DNA of 64,000 nucleotides, taken from the NCBI GenBank assembly GCA_002293125.1, contig DBCR01000018.1, positions 10,602 to 74,601 on the forward strand, in the 5' to 3' direction. Within the stretch, counting starts at the first letter, position 1; the number at the start of each line of letters is the position of its first letter. This document shows, one piece after another, positions 48,501 through 56,594 of the stretch. This stretch comes from Opitutia bacterium UBA953. Its GTDB lineage: Bacteria; Verrucomicrobiota; Verrucomicrobiia; Opitutales; UBA953. Under the pieces are notes generated by a model that worked only from the letters and a program-made list of their open reading frames with translations, ran no database searches and had not been told where the DNA came from. A program made the position numbers and the translations under genes.

Positions 48501-48933
48501 TGGAATAGGCTTCGATGAGCAGAAGCTCGGCGGTGCCGCGGCGATTGTCGGTATCAGAGAGGAAGTCCTCCGTGCCCTTGGGGAACTTGTCGAGGAAGGC
48601 GGTCAGCTCGGTTTCGGCCCGCGGCCAATCCTTGATGAAGAAATGACAGAGGGATTTTTGGAAGGAGACGACGGCCTTGAGCTTCGGTTCGACGTCGACG
48701 GCTTTGGCGTCGAGATCTTCGAAAAGTGCGAGGGCCTCCCGGTACTTCTTTTCTTCGAGGTTCTTGATGGCATCCTTGTAAAGGAGGGACAGCGGGTCCT
48801 CCTGTGGCTTCTGCGCGGTCGGCAGCGGGCGAGCCTGCGCCTTCAAGTCACTGGTGACGGGGGTCAGGGCAATGAGGACGGCGAGCAAGGCGGCCTTGGC
48901 CAATTTATAGGTGCGGGACTCTTTGATAAGCAT
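45595..48933 (-). CDS. Very large secreted TPR-repeat protein
   Basis: About 1112 aa from the ATG at 48933 (MLIKESRTYKLAKAALLAVLIALTPV). Dozens of TPR-like A/Y/L-patterned helical hairpins run along its whole length. Confidence 0.7.
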   Translation of the reverse strand: MLIKESRTYKLAKAALLAVLIALTPVTSDLKAQARPLPTAQKPQEDPLSLLYKDAIKNLEEKKYREALALFEDLDAKAVDVEPKLKAVVSFQKSLCHFFIKDWPRAETELTAFLDKFPKGTEDFLSDTDNRRGTAELLLIEAYSKQGKWELALARLEKIRTNSLARPEERVSAYTLSAQIIVDRAKSSPDDVKKAAYAQALTLLKQATADGINTPERREAAYKLVDMYTKLGLTKEATQLKNEIDAKSTGSPVEVVRSNFQRLEIGDARFSAAETAADENFRADFYRQALTNYQGTLRRANLSSSFGRTIEAKQTEVDTLTKNFPKPNPEQAANLEKTKQEVAQFKKIQEEFNANKDYDAFISYRIGLCLLELKRPWEAHVAFLDIFENSPGFSRISGAYYYHILALRRIGRNNEAQAKCKEFISKFPKDEQVSAIALILGDISQEREEFPEAIGHYKWVLANVKTLTPEVVEEIDFRIAACLFSQVDWAPAQKAFEEFLKKHERSPVRQQVLYMNALCSFFQGKYKETKVDFDKYEQEYPKGQFIPDVRYRQAIVKFGTSPRDIPGTIKICEDWLKDYSKDNTDEVMSQVPEVYTLIGDANIALADEIDKKVKAADLDVRLNAKTPDKDKFVEIKTKLEKEKEAVTNKAIDAYEAAAKNARTNPQALEFVLGELRKLLPGRGEHKRMRDLFREIFDWNHNDPKAMTYLYEVIRSTERMGDMPEFAAESEKVRKNFSAQLAAARKAVDTLERKPGITQPEIDVAKASVRKLSAELEAELAKVEVKRQTSIADQKKRALKILSDAVSESINDRTQEGTEKLIVFLAEKIARKVKRVKPGAKPEPGAYTSEDAEKELVKLLRLEDHRNSLVAQARGFFALGQLAVFTREPEKTAANYAKIAAIYKAEELNPTILGLVGDSLLAKGDDKKAADYFGYILEHSRSSEYADYGFAGLAEIAYANKKYAEALSLCNEAIDNNILMSKELDLRFTRARALAELAKYKEAKDEFEEIAKTKEWRGEKTAASLYWLGLMAERQATDEKGYNEAIAYYRRCFMTWKKYEVWAAKSYFASAKLFATKLNQKDAAKVLLKEMLEKDRIKDTREAQEAKSFLLGL

Positions 48934-49071
48934 CGGTTGAGGGGAGCGTTTAGCTCCGCATCGGGGGTATGTAGAATTAGCCCAGCCGGCCGCAGATTGC
49001 CAAGCAATAAGCCCCTTTTGAACGACATTCATTCGAGGGGGTATGCCCCAGGGGTGGCCCCTGTGAATAAC

Positions 49072-50010
49072 TCAGCCACCGGGCTTCATGCCTGTCGCCA
49101 AAATAGTCTCAAAACAGGGTTCTTTGACTTCTTTGGCAACGACCCGCACCTCGGATTGGCGGAAACCAGCCTCCTCGATCCAGTCATGGAGCTCGTTTTC
49201 TTTGAATCCGAGCCAGCGGTCAGCGTAAAGTTCTCGGGCTTTCTCGAAACGATGGGCGCGGAGGTCGAGGATGAGCAAGCGGCCGCCGGGCTTGAGGATG
49301 CGAAAGGCTTCCGACAGCGCCAGCCGCGGGTTCTCGGCGTGGTGCAGGGCTTGGCTGAGTAAGGCGAGGTCGATGCTCCGGTCCGGCAGGGGGACTTTCT
49401 CGATGTTGCCGAGGATGTAGGTCAGGTTCCGGAGATGTTCCTTCTTAGCCAAAGCACGGCCGACCTGGACCATCCGGGGGGAGTTATCGACACAGTGGAC
49501 GCTCTCGGCTTGGCGGGCCAACAGGCGCGAGAGCGTGCCGTCGCCGGCGCCAAGGTCAGCGATTCGCACGCGCGGTGTGAGGAGGAAGAGCATCTGCCCG
49601 ATCGCTTCCCATGAGCGGCCGGGGCAGTAGTTGCGGCCGAGACGGTCGGCGACGAGGTTGAAGTGCTGCTCAGCTTTCTGGCGGCGCTTCTCGATGATGC
49701 GTTGCAGGGAGCGCTGGTCCGCGGCGGACTTCGACTCGCGCGCGCTGGCGGCGAGGGCGGCGTCCACGATACCGATGACACTCACCGGCAGGTCGCGGGC
49801 GAGCGAGTAGAACGACTTCTTGCCATCGCGGCGGTCGTTCACGAGCTGGGCTTTTCGAAGCAATGCCAGATGGGTCGAGATGCGCGACTGGGGCAGTCCG
49901 AGGATTTCCTGGAGCTCACCGACCGCCAGCTCACCACGGTGCAGTAGGTGCAGGATACGGGACCGGGTCGGGTCGGCTAAGAGGCGCAGGGTTTCCCAGG
50001 GGTCGGACAT
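49072..50010 (-). CDS. ArsR-family HTH regulator fused to class I SAM-dependent methyltransferase
   Basis: N-terminus LADPTRSRILHLL...VGELQEILGLPQSRISTHLALLRKAQLV (ArsR wHTH). C-terminal methyltransferase motif I IADLGAGDGTLS. Confidence 0.8.
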   Translation of the reverse strand: MSDPWETLRLLADPTRSRILHLLHRGELAVGELQEILGLPQSRISTHLALLRKAQLVNDRRDGKKSFYSLARDLPVSVIGIVDAALAASARESKSAADQRSLQRIIEKRRQKAEQHFNLVADRLGRNYCPGRSWEAIGQMLFLLTPRVRIADLGAGDGTLSRLLARQAESVHCVDNSPRMVQVGRALAKKEHLRNLTYILGNIEKVPLPDRSIDLALLSQALHHAENPRLALSEAFRILKPGGRLLILDLRAHRFEKARELYADRWLGFKENELHDWIEEAGFRQSEVRVVAKEVKEPCFETILATGMKPGG

Positions 50011-50043
50011 GCGGGCAGGTTGGGGTGCGCCGGCGTCCGTGTC

Positions 50044-50072
50044 AAAAGAGGAAGCCCCGTTTCCGGGGCTTC
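50044..50072 (-). terminator. Intrinsic terminator after the GreA-like gene
   Basis: On the minus strand GAAGCCCCG-GAAA-CGGGGCTTC is followed by CTCTTTT. Confidence 0.65.
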
Positions 50073-50097
50073 GTCAGCAGGCCATCTGGCTGGGTGC

Positions 50098-52065
50098 TTA
50101 GCGCTTATCGACCCAGCGGGTGATGCGGATGACGGTCCAGGATTCAGCCTTACCGTTGATGTTCGTCGTGAAAGTCTCCCCCGTCCTGTGGTTGAGGAAC
50201 TGCTTGGCCAGCGGGGAGATGTAAGAGAGGATGTTCTTCTCCGGTTCGCCGTCCCAGGCGCCGAGCAGGTCGTAGGCGAACTCCGTCTGGTCGGAGCCGC
50301 GGCGGAGGACCACGCTGGAGCCGACGCTGATGGTGTCCGTGTTGGCTTCCTTGAAGTCGGTGACCTTGGCCTTCTTCAGCAGAGCGTCGAGCTCGGCGCG
50401 ACGGGCGGCGAGGGTGTCATGGTCCTGTCGGGCCATCTTGTATTCGGAATTTTCCTTCAAGTCGCCGTGCTCCTTGGCGATCTGGATGGCTTCCTTGACC
50501 GCGGGGAGGCGTACCTTGACGATGTCCTCGAGCTCGCGCTCCTTTACTTCCTTCGAGTTCTTGGAGACGAGGAGTTCCTTTTCCTCGGCTTCGGAGCCGG
50601 AATGCTTGGACTTGGCGAGGCGCTGGACGTGCGGCTCGATCTTGGCGAGGCGAGAGAGGAGAGCCTTCTTGGTCATCTCGTCGAAGCCCTGGCTGCTCAT
50701 CATCGTGCGGGTGAGGTCGAAGATCGTCTCGCTGTCGGCCTTCTTGCCGTCCGCGGGGATCAAGATGTTGGCGATGAGCTCCTTGTCCTTGATGAGTTCG
50801 TTGGCGAGCGGGATGCGGGCCGTGGAGTTGGACTCGAGGGACTCGGTGTCGATCGAGGAAAGGATGGCTCCGAGCAACGACGGGTTGATCAGGCGGCCGA
50901 CGATATCGGCGTACTTCTTCGAGTCGCGATTCTTGATGACCCAGATGATGACCGGAGCGCGGAGTTCGCGGGTCTCGAGCCACTGAGCGAAGCGGGCGGA
51001 GACGACGGCAGCGAGTTCTTGGTCGCAGAGGTAGGCGATCGATTCGGAGACGAGCTTGGCGGAGCCGCTCTTCGTGCCGCCGATATCGCGGTTGCGGAGC
51101 AGGTCGAAGGCGCGTTCGGACCAGTTGTCGCCGTGATGGGCGCGGACGAGGTCGAGCAGGCTGCGGATCTTCTCGGTGGTGTGAGGGATGTTCAGCGCGA
51201 CGAAGGCGAGGTCGCTTTCGGTGCAGAGGGCGATGATTTCCGAGGCCGTCGGGCTGACGGTTTCGACGTTCTCGACGGCGGAGCGGAAGAATTTATCGCG
51301 GTTCCAGATGCCACCGAGGATGGCAGGGAGGTTGTCGCGCTTGCGGGCGGTCTCGAGCTTCTTGATTTCCTTGGCGAGGTCCGCGGAGACCTTGTCGAGA
51401 TTGGCAGCGTTGGCGGCCGAGCGGGTCTCCGAGGAGGCGCTGCCGGCGAGCTCTTCGAGGAGAACGAGCTTACGTTCGAAATTAGGGGCGCTTTCGTACT
51501 GGGCGAAAAGGTCTTCGCCGAGGTCCTTGGGGGCTTCGAGGAGGGCGTACAGACCACCTTTACGCTCCGGGACGAGGATGGCACGGTCCTTACGGAGGGC
51601 GGCTCGAGCCTTGGTCCACCAGGCTTTGAAGGAGGTGGCGCGATCCTTGCCGGCCGGCAGAGAGGCGAAATAGACGCGGTCGAGGTTGGCCTCGAGGGCG
51701 TAGGAAGTGCATTCGCCGGTAGGGTATTCGGCGAGGAGGGCCTTCACGACGCCAGCAGGGTCGTTGGCGACCATGTTGGCGACCTCGGCTTTGGTGCTTT
51801 CGCCGTAGGCCTTAGCCACGACGCCGTTGGGATTGATGACCTCGATCTTGCCGAGGAAGAAGGCGGCATCCATCGCGTGGGCCTTCTTGTTCTGTTCGGG
51901 GAAATCGACGGTGAGGCGCTTGGTGGCTTCGTCGTAGGCGCGGATGACGCCGATACCCCAGGCTTGGTGGAGGCAGAAGGCCGGCTGACCCGTGGCTACC
52001 AAGTCGATGGCGGCCTGCAGGGAGTTGATTTTACCACCTTGTGGGTTGTGGGCCTTGTTGCTCAT
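50098..52065 (-). CDS. Long GreA-family transcription elongation factor homologue
   Basis: The C-terminal ~150 aa carry AKEHGDLKENSEYKMARQDHDTLAARRAELDALLKKAKV (GreA coiled-coil) plus a GreA C-terminal globular domain. An N-terminal extension of about 500 aa precedes them. ATG at 52065. Confidence 0.7.
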   Translation of the reverse strand: MSNKAHNPQGGKINSLQAAIDLVATGQPAFCLHQAWGIGVIRAYDEATKRLTVDFPEQNKKAHAMDAAFFLGKIEVINPNGVVAKAYGESTKAEVANMVANDPAGVVKALLAEYPTGECTSYALEANLDRVYFASLPAGKDRATSFKAWWTKARAALRKDRAILVPERKGGLYALLEAPKDLGEDLFAQYESAPNFERKLVLLEELAGSASSETRSAANAANLDKVSADLAKEIKKLETARKRDNLPAILGGIWNRDKFFRSAVENVETVSPTASEIIALCTESDLAFVALNIPHTTEKIRSLLDLVRAHHGDNWSERAFDLLRNRDIGGTKSGSAKLVSESIAYLCDQELAAVVSARFAQWLETRELRAPVIIWVIKNRDSKKYADIVGRLINPSLLGAILSSIDTESLESNSTARIPLANELIKDKELIANILIPADGKKADSETIFDLTRTMMSSQGFDEMTKKALLSRLAKIEPHVQRLAKSKHSGSEAEEKELLVSKNSKEVKERELEDIVKVRLPAVKEAIQIAKEHGDLKENSEYKMARQDHDTLAARRAELDALLKKAKVTDFKEANTDTISVGSSVVLRRGSDQTEFAYDLLGAWDGEPEKNILSYISPLAKQFLNHRTGETFTTNINGKAESWTVIRITRWVDKR

Positions 52066-52165
52066 TGCAAAAGTGGGTTTTGGGGATAACAATTCTCACT
52101 TGCAAGCAGGAAGGCGGGGGGCCTTGGGGTCTATGCCTCGACAGCCCTCCTGGCCTGCGTCCCAC

Positions 52166-53296
52166 ATGGCCTTTAAGCCCGAAAAACCCTCAATCCACGG
52201 CGAAACTCCCGAGACCCTCGGCGAGCGATTGGTCACGGATGGCCATCCTCGCTACCGGGCCGGTCAGGTCTTCGAATGGCTCTACCCTCGCCGGGCCGAG
52301 ACCCCGGAGGCGATGACCAACCTTCCGGCCAACCTCCGGACCTGGCTTTCGGCCAATTATGATTTCGAGGCGACCAGTCTGATCCAGCGGAAGGCCTCAT
52401 CCGACGTCACCCAGAAAATCCTCCAACGCCTCCGAGACGGTTCCCTCATCGAGACCGTCATCATCCGGGCCCCGATGGAGGGGGTGGGGCAAGAGAAGTC
52501 CCGTCGGACGATCTGCATCTCGACCCAGGTCGGCTGCGCCTATGGGTGCAAATTCTGCGCCTCGGGCCTCGAGGGCTGGAAGCGCGACCTTTCAATCGGT
52601 GAAATCGTCTCCCAACTCGTCCAAGTCTGCCGCATCGAAGACAAGACCGACCCCGCCCGCGCCGCCGAAGGGCTGGCGTCCTTCGACAACATCGTGGTGA
52701 TGGGCATGGGTGAGCCGCTGGCTAACTACGAGAACCTGATGTCCGCGCTCCGCATCGTGAACGCGCCCTGGGGCTTCGGCTTCGGTGCCCGCCGGGTCAC
52801 GATTTCCACCTCAGGCGTGGTCCCTAAGATCCTCAAGCTCGCCGAGGAGCCGCTGGGCTTCCGCCTTGCCATCAGTCTGCACGGCGCGACCAACGAGGTT
52901 CGTGATCAGATCATGCCGGTGAACAAGAAGTTCCCGCTCGAGGAACTCATCCCCGCGGCGAAGGCCTTCGCCCGCAAGCATGGCCGGATGCTGACCTTGG
53001 AATTCATCCTGATCGAAGACATCAACGACTCGCTCGAGCAGGCCAGGAAACTCGCCGTGATCGCCCGGGAACTGCACGCGCACGTGAATCTCATCCCGTA
53101 CAACAAGGTTGAAGGCCTGCCGTGGGTGCGCCCGTCTCTGACGCGTCAGGATCGCTTCGTGAAGGAACTCCGCGGGCTCGGCGTGACGGCGACGCTCCGT
53201 CGCGAGAAGGGGCACGATATCGACGCGGCCTGCGGTCAGTTGCGTCTCCAGACGGAGAAGGCGCAGGCCGTGAATCCACCGCCCGCGGCGGCTTAA
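52166..53296 (+). CDS. rlmN: 23S rRNA/tRNA adenine-C2 methyltransferase RlmN (radical SAM)
   Basis: CISTQVGCAYGCKFCASG (CxxxCxxC) and the C-terminal catalytic Cys context DIDAACGQL. The start is 52133 or 52166. Confidence 0.9.
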   Translation: MAFKPEKPSIHGETPETLGERLVTDGHPRYRAGQVFEWLYPRRAETPEAMTNLPANLRTWLSANYDFEATSLIQRKASSDVTQKILQRLRDGSLIETVIIRAPMEGVGQEKSRRTICISTQVGCAYGCKFCASGLEGWKRDLSIGEIVSQLVQVCRIEDKTDPARAAEGLASFDNIVVMGMGEPLANYENLMSALRIVNAPWGFGFGARRVTISTSGVVPKILKLAEEPLGFRLAISLHGATNEVRDQIMPVNKKFPLEELIPAAKAFARKHGRMLTLEFILIEDINDSLEQARKLAVIARELHAHVNLIPYNKVEGLPWVRPSLTRQDRFVKELRGLGVTATLRREKGHDIDAACGQLRLQTEKAQAVNPPPAAA

Positions 53297-53943
53297 GCCG
53301 TCAACGCGGCCGCGAAGGCCTTGCGGTCGGGAGCCTTGAAGAAGGCGGTGCCGGCGACGAACGTATCCGCGCCCGCCTCGCGGCAGCGGAGGCCGGTCTC
53401 GATGTTGATGCCGCCATCGACCTCGAGGCGGAAGTGGGCTCCGCGCTTCGCGCGTTCGGCTGCGAGGAGGCGGATGCTATCGAGGACGGAAGGGATGAAT
53501 GACTGTCCGCCGAAGCCGGGGAAGACCGTCATGCAGAGCACGAGGTCGACAGAGTCGAGGTAAGGAAGTACGCGGCGCGGGTCGGCATCGGGGTTCATCG
53601 CAATGCCGGCGGAAAGCCCTGCGGCCTTGATTGCGGCAATGGTCTTGGCGACGTCATGGTCGGCCTCGACATGCACCGTGAGGCGTTCGGCGCCGGCCTT
53701 GGCGAAGGCCTCGACGTAGCGGTCGGGATGGCTGAGCATCAGGTGCACATCGAAGTGCAGCTTTGTCAGCGGACGCAGGTCCGCGACGACCTGCGGACCG
53801 AAGCTGATGTTGGGCACGAAGTGTCCGTCCATGATATCGATGTGCAGCCAGGTCAGGCCGGCTTCCTCCACCGTACGGACGCCTTGCGCGAACGCGCCGT
53901 GATTGGCGGCGAGCAGGGAGGGGGCGACGACTGCGGGGTTCAT
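53293..53943 (-). CDS. rpe: Ribulose-phosphate 3-epimerase
   Basis: PSLLAAN...HIDIMDGHFVPN and GFGGQSF motifs. ATG at 53943 (MNPAVVAPS). Confidence 0.95.
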   Translation of the reverse strand: MNPAVVAPSLLAANHGAFAQGVRTVEEAGLTWLHIDIMDGHFVPNISFGPQVVADLRPLTKLHFDVHLMLSHPDRYVEAFAKAGAERLTVHVEADHDVAKTIAAIKAAGLSAGIAMNPDADPRRVLPYLDSVDLVLCMTVFPGFGGQSFIPSVLDSIRLLAAERAKRGAHFRLEVDGGINIETGLRCREAGADTFVAGTAFFKAPDRKAFAAALTA

Positions 53944-53945
53944 GC

Positions 53946-54431
53946 TTACCAGGCGGTGGTGGCGGCTTCGCGAATCTGCGAGGCGATGTCGCCGAAGAGC
54001 GTCGGTCCGAGGCTGAGTTCCTCGGCGGCGGGATCGCCGGAGACCTGCAGTGTCGCGATGGAGCGGAAGAGGCGGTCCTTGAAGAGGACGCGCTTGCCGC
54101 CGTCGGTCGTCAGGGTGCAACGCACCTCGAAGCTCACGCGGTAGCTCGTGAAGGCGTACGCGTCGCCGGTCTTGGTGGTGAACCCGTCGCGCTGATACCG
54201 CGTGACTTCGGCTTCAAGGCGGGCTTCGCCAGGGCCGACCTTCACGCGAGGATCGCCCGCGAGGGCTTCGACGATCTTGCTGTGCAGCACCGCGTGGGTG
54301 CCGGTGCGTGCCGTGGAATTGCGGATCGGCGCGACTTCGATGTTACGGAAAGCGGGCTTGGGTCCGCCGAGTTGGTAGGCGGAGCAACCGACCAGCAGGG
54401 AGGCCGCGAGCAACCCGAGGAGGCCCTTCAT
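53946..54431 (-). CDS. LptE-like LPS-assembly lipoprotein
   Basis: Lipobox LLVGCS followed by AYQLGG...FRNIEVAPIRNST. 161 aa. The layout resembles LptE, but the assignment is tentative. Confidence 0.45.
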   Translation of the reverse strand: MKGLLGLLAASLLVGCSAYQLGGPKPAFRNIEVAPIRNSTARTGTHAVLHSKIVEALAGDPRVKVGPGEARLEAEVTRYQRDGFTTKTGDAYAFTSYRVSFEVRCTLTTDGGKRVLFKDRLFRSIATLQVSGDPAAEELSLGPTLFGDIASQIREAATTAW

Positions 54432-55549
54432 CGACGGTCTCCTCCCGTGGCGGGCTTCGGCTCTTCCTTCTTGAAGCCGAGCGTATCGAGGTCTCCGCCG
54501 ACGACCTGCGGTTTGGCTTCGGAGGGGGGGCGCGGACGCGGAACGGTGCCGAGCAGTCGATCGGCGAAGCTCTTCGGAGGATTGGGGTCCTTCTGGATAA
54601 GGGCGAGGAGTGCTTCGGCTTCCGTGGAGGCGGCCGATTCCGGCGCGATGTTGCGGCAAGCGTTGGCCATCAGTTTGGCGGCTTCCGGATTGTTGCGGTC
54701 GTAGAAGTAGAACTTGGCGAGATTCAGGCGGGCGCGGGCGGCGCGGTCGCGCAGAAGGGCGATTTGTTCAAGGGCCTGTTTGGCGCGCGGGTCGTCGGGG
54801 AACTGGTCCGCCAGCGTGCGCCAGTGGTCGGCGGCTTCGATGGTGGTAGCTTGGTCCCAGGCCGGCCCGAGTGATTCCTTGGAGCGCATCGTGGCGAGCA
54901 TCTCGAGCCCCTCGGCGGCGAACTTGGAAGTGGGGTAATCGCTGACGAGACGTTCGAGGGCCTCGATCGTCTTGGCATCATTGCCGCCCTCCAGACCTAG
55001 GCGGGCCGTGCGGATGAGGCATTCGTCGGCGTACGGGCCATTGGGCGCGAGGCGGAGGGTCTTCTGCCAGAGGGCGACCGCTCCCTGGGGGTCGCGGAAC
55101 CACGGGAACCAGCCGCCTAGCTTGCGGCGTTCGCCAGCGGCGAGACGGTTCGCAATCTCGAACTGCAGCTTCACGGCTTCGCCGAAATTGACGAAACTCG
55201 AGTGGCGTGCGTAGAGGTCGTCGATGAGTTCGGTGGCGGTCTCGAATTCATGGCGCGCGGCATGCAGGCGGGCGCGCTCGAGGATGGAGACGGCCTCGGC
55301 TTCGGTGCCGGTGTTGGCTTCGCCGATGACGGACCATTCCTTGATGGCCCTCCCTTCGTCGCCGCCGGCGGCGGTCTGGGAAGCGCGGTTCATCGCGAGT
55401 AGCACGACGGGCAGGCGGTCAGCAGGGACGACGTCGTTCGTCGTGCCGGGCTTGAGGTGCCATCTTCCCTCGAAGTGGACGTATTCGGCACGGGCGAGAG
55501 GGCCGAGCAGGAGCGCGACGGCGAGGAGGGTTTTAGCGAGGTGGTTCAT
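54428..55549 (-). CDS. BamD/YfiO-like TPR outer-membrane assembly protein
   Basis: Signal peptide followed by repeated xxYPxSxxAxxA-type blocks (LVSDYPTSKFAAEGL and LADQFPDDPRAKQAL). It also has LAKFYFYDRNNPEAAKLMANA, reminiscent of the BamD C-terminal region. Tentative. Confidence 0.45.
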   Translation of the reverse strand: MNHLAKTLLAVALLLGPLARAEYVHFEGRWHLKPGTTNDVVPADRLPVVLLAMNRASQTAAGGDEGRAIKEWSVIGEANTGTEAEAVSILERARLHAARHEFETATELIDDLYARHSSFVNFGEAVKLQFEIANRLAAGERRKLGGWFPWFRDPQGAVALWQKTLRLAPNGPYADECLIRTARLGLEGGNDAKTIEALERLVSDYPTSKFAAEGLEMLATMRSKESLGPAWDQATTIEAADHWRTLADQFPDDPRAKQALEQIALLRDRAARARLNLAKFYFYDRNNPEAAKLMANACRNIAPESAASTEAEALLALIQKDPNPPKSFADRLLGTVPRPRPPSEAKPQVVGGDLDTLGFKKEEPKPATGGDRR

Positions 55550-56546
55550 GCCAGCGGAGAAGGGTTGCGCCCCAGGTGAGACCGGCGCCGAAGGCGACGA
55601 TGAGGACGAGGTCGCCGTGCTTGATCTTGCCGTCTGTCCAGGCTTCTTCAAGCGCAAGCGGAATCGAGGCCGCCGACGTGTTGCCGTAGCGCTCGAGATT
55701 CGAGGGGAAGCGGTCCATGCCCACGTTGAGCTGGCTCGCGACGGCTTCCAAAATACGGCTGTTCGCTTGGTGCGGGATGAACCACGCGACCTGTTGCGTT
55801 TCCACGTCGCACTTGGCGAGGACGCGTTCGCAGGATTCCGTCATCACGCGCACGGCGTGGCGGAAGACTTCCTTGCCGTTCATCCGCAGGAAATGCTTGC
55901 CGTCGCGCAGGGAGTCGGCGGTCGCGGGGGCGGCGGAGCCTCCGCCGACGCAATGCAGGAGCTCGGCGTTGTTGCCGTCGGCGCCGAGCAGGTTGCCGAG
56001 CAGCCCGACGTTCTTCTCTGGGGTGGTCTCGAGTAGGACGGCGCCGGCGCCGTCGCCGAAGAGCACGCAGGTCGTGCGGTCCGACCAATCCACGACGCTG
56101 GAAAGTTTTTCGGAGCCGATGACAAGGGTGCGGCGATAGGCCCCCGAACGCATCATGTCCTTGGCGACCTGGAGGGCATAGACGAAGCCGGAGCAAGCGG
56201 CGGAGACGTCAAAGCAGGGGATGTCACGGCGGAGGCCGAGCTTGGCCTGAAGGAGGCAGGCCGTGGACGGGAAGGGAACGTCCGGCGTCATGGTGGCGAC
56301 GATGAGCAGATCGACGTCGGCGGGGGTCAGGCCGGCGCGTTCGAGGGCCTTGGCGGCGGCCTTGGCGCCCATGTCGGAGGGGTTCTCGCCTGGAGTGGCG
56401 ATGCGTCGTTCGGCGATGCCGGAGCGGGTTTTGATCCACTCGTCGGAGGTGTCCACCATCTTGGACAGTTCGGCATTGGTGAGCTTGCGTTCTGGAGTGT
56501 GGACCCCGATGGCCCGAATGAAGACTGAAAGCTCAGCGCTGCTCAT
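55533..56546 (-). CDS. fabH: 3-oxoacyl-ACP synthase III
   Basis: Active-site Cys context DVSAACSGFVYAL, plus HQAN and GNTSAASIP motifs. Confidence 0.95.
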   Translation of the reverse strand: MSSAELSVFIRAIGVHTPERKLTNAELSKMVDTSDEWIKTRSGIAERRIATPGENPSDMGAKAAAKALERAGLTPADVDLLIVATMTPDVPFPSTACLLQAKLGLRRDIPCFDVSAACSGFVYALQVAKDMMRSGAYRRTLVIGSEKLSSVVDWSDRTTCVLFGDGAGAVLLETTPEKNVGLLGNLLGADGNNAELLHCVGGGSAAPATADSLRDGKHFLRMNGKEVFRHAVRVMTESCERVLAKCDVETQQVAWFIPHQANSRILEAVASQLNVGMDRFPSNLERYGNTSAASIPLALEEAWTDGKIKHGDLVLIVAFGAGLTWGATLLRWHEPPR

Positions 56547-56594
56547 CGATGCGTGAGAAAAGACCCCTTGGGCGGGGAAGGGAACACTAAAACC

